Of a stretch of 64,000 nt of DNA, positions 62,115-64,000 are shown piece after piece. The DNA lies in the NCBI RefSeq assembly GCF_905198475.1, contig NZ_CAJKCQ010000001.1; one strand, 5' to 3'. Under the pieces are notes generated by a model. The model did not search any database, had not been told where the DNA came from, and saw only the letters and a list, made by a program, of their open reading frames with translations. The DNA is from an uncultured Sutterella sp. GTDB lineage: Bacteria; Pseudomonadota; Gammaproteobacteria; Burkholderiales; Burkholderiaceae_F. Position numbers and translations under genes: made by a program. Within the stretch, counting starts at the first letter, position 1. Every line of letters starts with the position of its first letter.

Positions 62115-62582
62115 TCAGGCGCGGTGATAGGGGTGCCCGGCCTCAATCGACCAGGCGCGGTAGATCTGCTCGGCGAGGAGCACGCGCGCGAGAGCATGCG
62201 GCAGCGTCATCGCCGAGAGGCGCATCGTGCGGTGCGCGCGCTCCTTCACGGCGGGCGAGAGCCCGTCGGGACCGCCGATCACGAAGACGATGCGGTCGCC
62301 CTCCATGCGCCATTCGGCGAGCGCCCGGGCGAACTCCACCGTCGTGAAGTCGCGGCCGTGCTCGTCGAGCACGACCACGAAGTCGCCCGGCTCGAGCGCG
62401 GCGAGGATCCGCTCGCCCTCGAGCGCCATCAGGCGCGCGGGCGTCTGCCCCGCCCGGGGCTCGGTGCGGATCTCCTTCAGCTCGACCGGCCAGGTGCGCG
62501 GGAAGCGCGCGAGATACCCCCGCACGGCGTCCTGCGCCCAGTCGGCGATGTGCTGCCCGACGGCGAGAATGCGGATGCGCAT
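62115..62582 (-). CDS. rlmH: 23S rRNA (pseudouridine1915-N3)-methyltransferase
   Basis: MRIRILAVGQ...SPOUT fold, 155 aa. The ATG abuts the rsfS stop. Confidence 0.85.
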   Translation of the reverse strand: MRIRILAVGQHIADWAQDAVRGYLARFPRTWPVELKEIRTEPRAGQTPARLMALEGERILAALEPGDFVVVLDEHGRDFTTVEFARALAEWRMEGDRIVFVIGGPDGLSPAVKERAHRTMRLSAMTLPHALARVLLAEQIYRAWSIEAGHPYHRA

Positions 62583-62987
62583 TTATTCGGCGTCCGGCTG
62601 CGGATCGTGCGGACGATGGGGCATCAGGCGCGAGCCGCACTCGGCCTGCGCCTCAAGGAACACCTCCTTGCCACCCCAGATCTCCTCGAGGTTGTAGTAG
62701 TCGCGCACGTTGGGCTGGAGCGCGTGCACGACGACCGTGCCGAGGTCGACGAGGACCCACTCGCCCGTGTCTTCGCCCTCCATGCCGAGGACGTCGCCGC
62801 CGGCCTGCTTGACGGCCGAGGAGACGGAGAAGGCGAGCGCGCGGGTCTGGCGGCCCGACGTGCCCGAGGCGATGATCACGCGCTCGAACTGGTCGGTGAG
62901 CGCTTCGGTGTTGAAGATCTTGATGTCCTTCGCCTTGACGTCCTCAAGGGCGTTGACGGCGATCGAAACGAGTTCGTTGAGTTCCAT
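62583..62987 (-). CDS. rsfS: Ribosomal silencing factor RsfS (Iojap)
   Basis: Iojap-like domain (...DIKIFNTEALTDQFERVIIASGTSGRQTRAL..). Confidence 0.85.
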   Translation of the reverse strand: MELNELVSIAVNALEDVKAKDIKIFNTEALTDQFERVIIASGTSGRQTRALAFSVSSAVKQAGGDVLGMEGEDTGEWVLVDLGTVVVHALQPNVRDYYNLEEIWGGKEVFLEAQAECGSRLMPHRPHDPQPDAE

Positions 62988-63119
62988 GGTTGTTCCGGAA
63001 GAGATGCGTATGGATTGAGGGGCGGCCGGAGGCGGCGGGCGCCCGCGCTCCGGACCTTGCCGGAGCCGAGGGGCGCCGCTGGAGGCGGCCCGGGATGAAT
63101 CGGTTTTGGGGCGGCGCCC

Positions 63120-63779
63120 TCAGTGCGCGCCGTAGAGGCCCCGGCTGCGGATGTAGTCCGCCACGGCGACGGGCAGCCACCCGTCGAGGGCGCGCATCGC
63201 GTCGGCGAAGGGCTCGGTGCGCACGCGCCGGCGGATCTCCGTGGCGCTCGCCTCGTGCGGCGCCATGTCGAAGAAGGCGACGGCGCCCGAAGGCGAATCG
63301 AGGAGCGCACCGGCCGCACGCATGTGGGGCGCGGCCCACGCCTCAACCTCGGCCGAAGCCGAGAGCGGCCCGCCCGCGCGGCGGCAGACCGCGAGGTCCG
63401 CATAGTCGGTGAGTTCGCGCCAGCGCCGCCAGGTGTGAAGGTTGCGCCACTGATCGCCGCCGAGAATGAGTACGAGCGGAATCGACGGTCCCATGCGGCG
63501 CCGCAACCCCGCGAGGGTGTCGATCGTGTACGTGGGGCCGAGCCGCATGAGCTCGACCGTCTCCACGCCGAAGCCCGCCATTTTATCCAAAGCGAGCTCG
63601 AGCATGGCGAGCCGCGCCTCGGCCGGACTCACGAGGTCCTTCTGCCAGGGGCGGCCGGCCGGAAGAAAGTCCACGCGGGCGAGCCCGAGCGCCTCGCGCG
63701 CGGCACGCGCGATGGCGAGGTGTCCTTCGTGAACCGGATCAAAGGTGCCTCCGAGGAGACCGATGCCGCGGGGGATCAT
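63120..63779 (-). CDS. nadD: Nicotinate-nucleotide adenylyltransferase
   Basis: GLLGGTFDPVHEGHL (HxGH nucleotidyltransferase motif); ISATEIR C-terminal motif. Confidence 0.85.
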   Translation of the reverse strand: MIPRGIGLLGGTFDPVHEGHLAIARAAREALGLARVDFLPAGRPWQKDLVSPAEARLAMLELALDKMAGFGVETVELMRLGPTYTIDTLAGLRRRMGPSIPLVLILGGDQWRNLHTWRRWRELTDYADLAVCRRAGGPLSASAEVEAWAAPHMRAAGALLDSPSGAVAFFDMAPHEASATEIRRRVRTEPFADAMRALDGWLPVAVADYIRSRGLYGAH

Positions 63780-63797
63780 CGCTTCGCCTCCGTCCGC

Positions 63798-64000
63798 TCA
63801 GGGGTTGCGCACGAGCGAGACGAAGGCGCGCTTCACGCGGCCCGCCTCAAATTCGACGCCGAGCCAGTTGAGCTCGAGCTCCTGCAGACCCCGGGCGTTC
63901 TTCAGAAAGCGCTGGCTGAACCAGAAGCGCCACCCGAAGCCGTCGTCGTAGGAGGCCGGCCCGAGGTGCTCGGCGACCTCCGCCTCGGTCATGCCGAGGC
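63798..64000 (-). CDS. C-terminal fragment of the upstream gene, possibly coproporphyrinogen III oxidase HemF (hemF-nadD synteny); N-terminus lies outside the window
   Basis: Minus-strand ORF ending ...GFGWRFWFSQRFLKNARGLQELELNWLGVEFEAGRVKRAFVSLVRNP. The assignment rests mainly on the conserved gene order hemF-nadD-rsfS-rlmH-maf in Burkholderiales; sequence similarity to HemF is weak. Confidence 0.3.
   Translation of the reverse strand, partial: LGMTEAEVAEHLGPASYDDGFGWRFWFSQRFLKNARGLQELELNWLGVEFEAGRVKRAFVSLVRNP

Overview
High-GC (about 65-68% by eye) chromosomal segment from a beta-proteobacterium; the syntenic blocks htpX, lapB, ihfB-rpsA-cmk-serC-gyrA and hemF-nadD-rsfS-rlmH-maf are Burkholderiales-like. 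Genes are densely packed. Core content: envelope and stress (htpX, lapB, a porin, an OmpA-like protein, amiC, murI, dgkA, Spy/CpxP-like), translation and replication (rpsA, ihfB, cmk, gyrA, ssrA tmRNA, tRNA-Thr, tsaE, tsaC/sua5, rlmH, rsfS), purine synthesis (purC, purE, purK, purB), central metabolism (fba, fbp, upp, pepN, pepP-like, budA), molybdate uptake and regulation (modABC, modE with an operator palindrome), and anaerobic-respiration parts (a Tat-exported molybdopterin oxidoreductase with an FeS subunit and a TorD-like chaperone, a NapC/NirT tetraheme cytochrome, and a lone Wolinella-type FrdC cytochrome b). Most notable: (1) a lower-GC islet directly 3' of ssrA that carries a single MmeI-family Type IIL restriction-modification fusion enzyme; (2) a 1136-aa protein whose N-terminus is a DEAD-box helicase fold with every catalytic motif degenerate and whose remaining ~700 aa is an extreme acidic-then-basic disordered tail, preceded by a ~500-bp structured leader; (3) a LuxR/FixJ-type response regulator whose phospho-acceptor Asp is replaced; (4) an aryl-sulfate sulfotransferase next to a Spy/CpxP-like gene, with a direct-repeat candidate operator between them. 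The many long antisense ORFs in the six-frame track are high-GC artefacts. No CRISPR array, integrase or transposase was seen.
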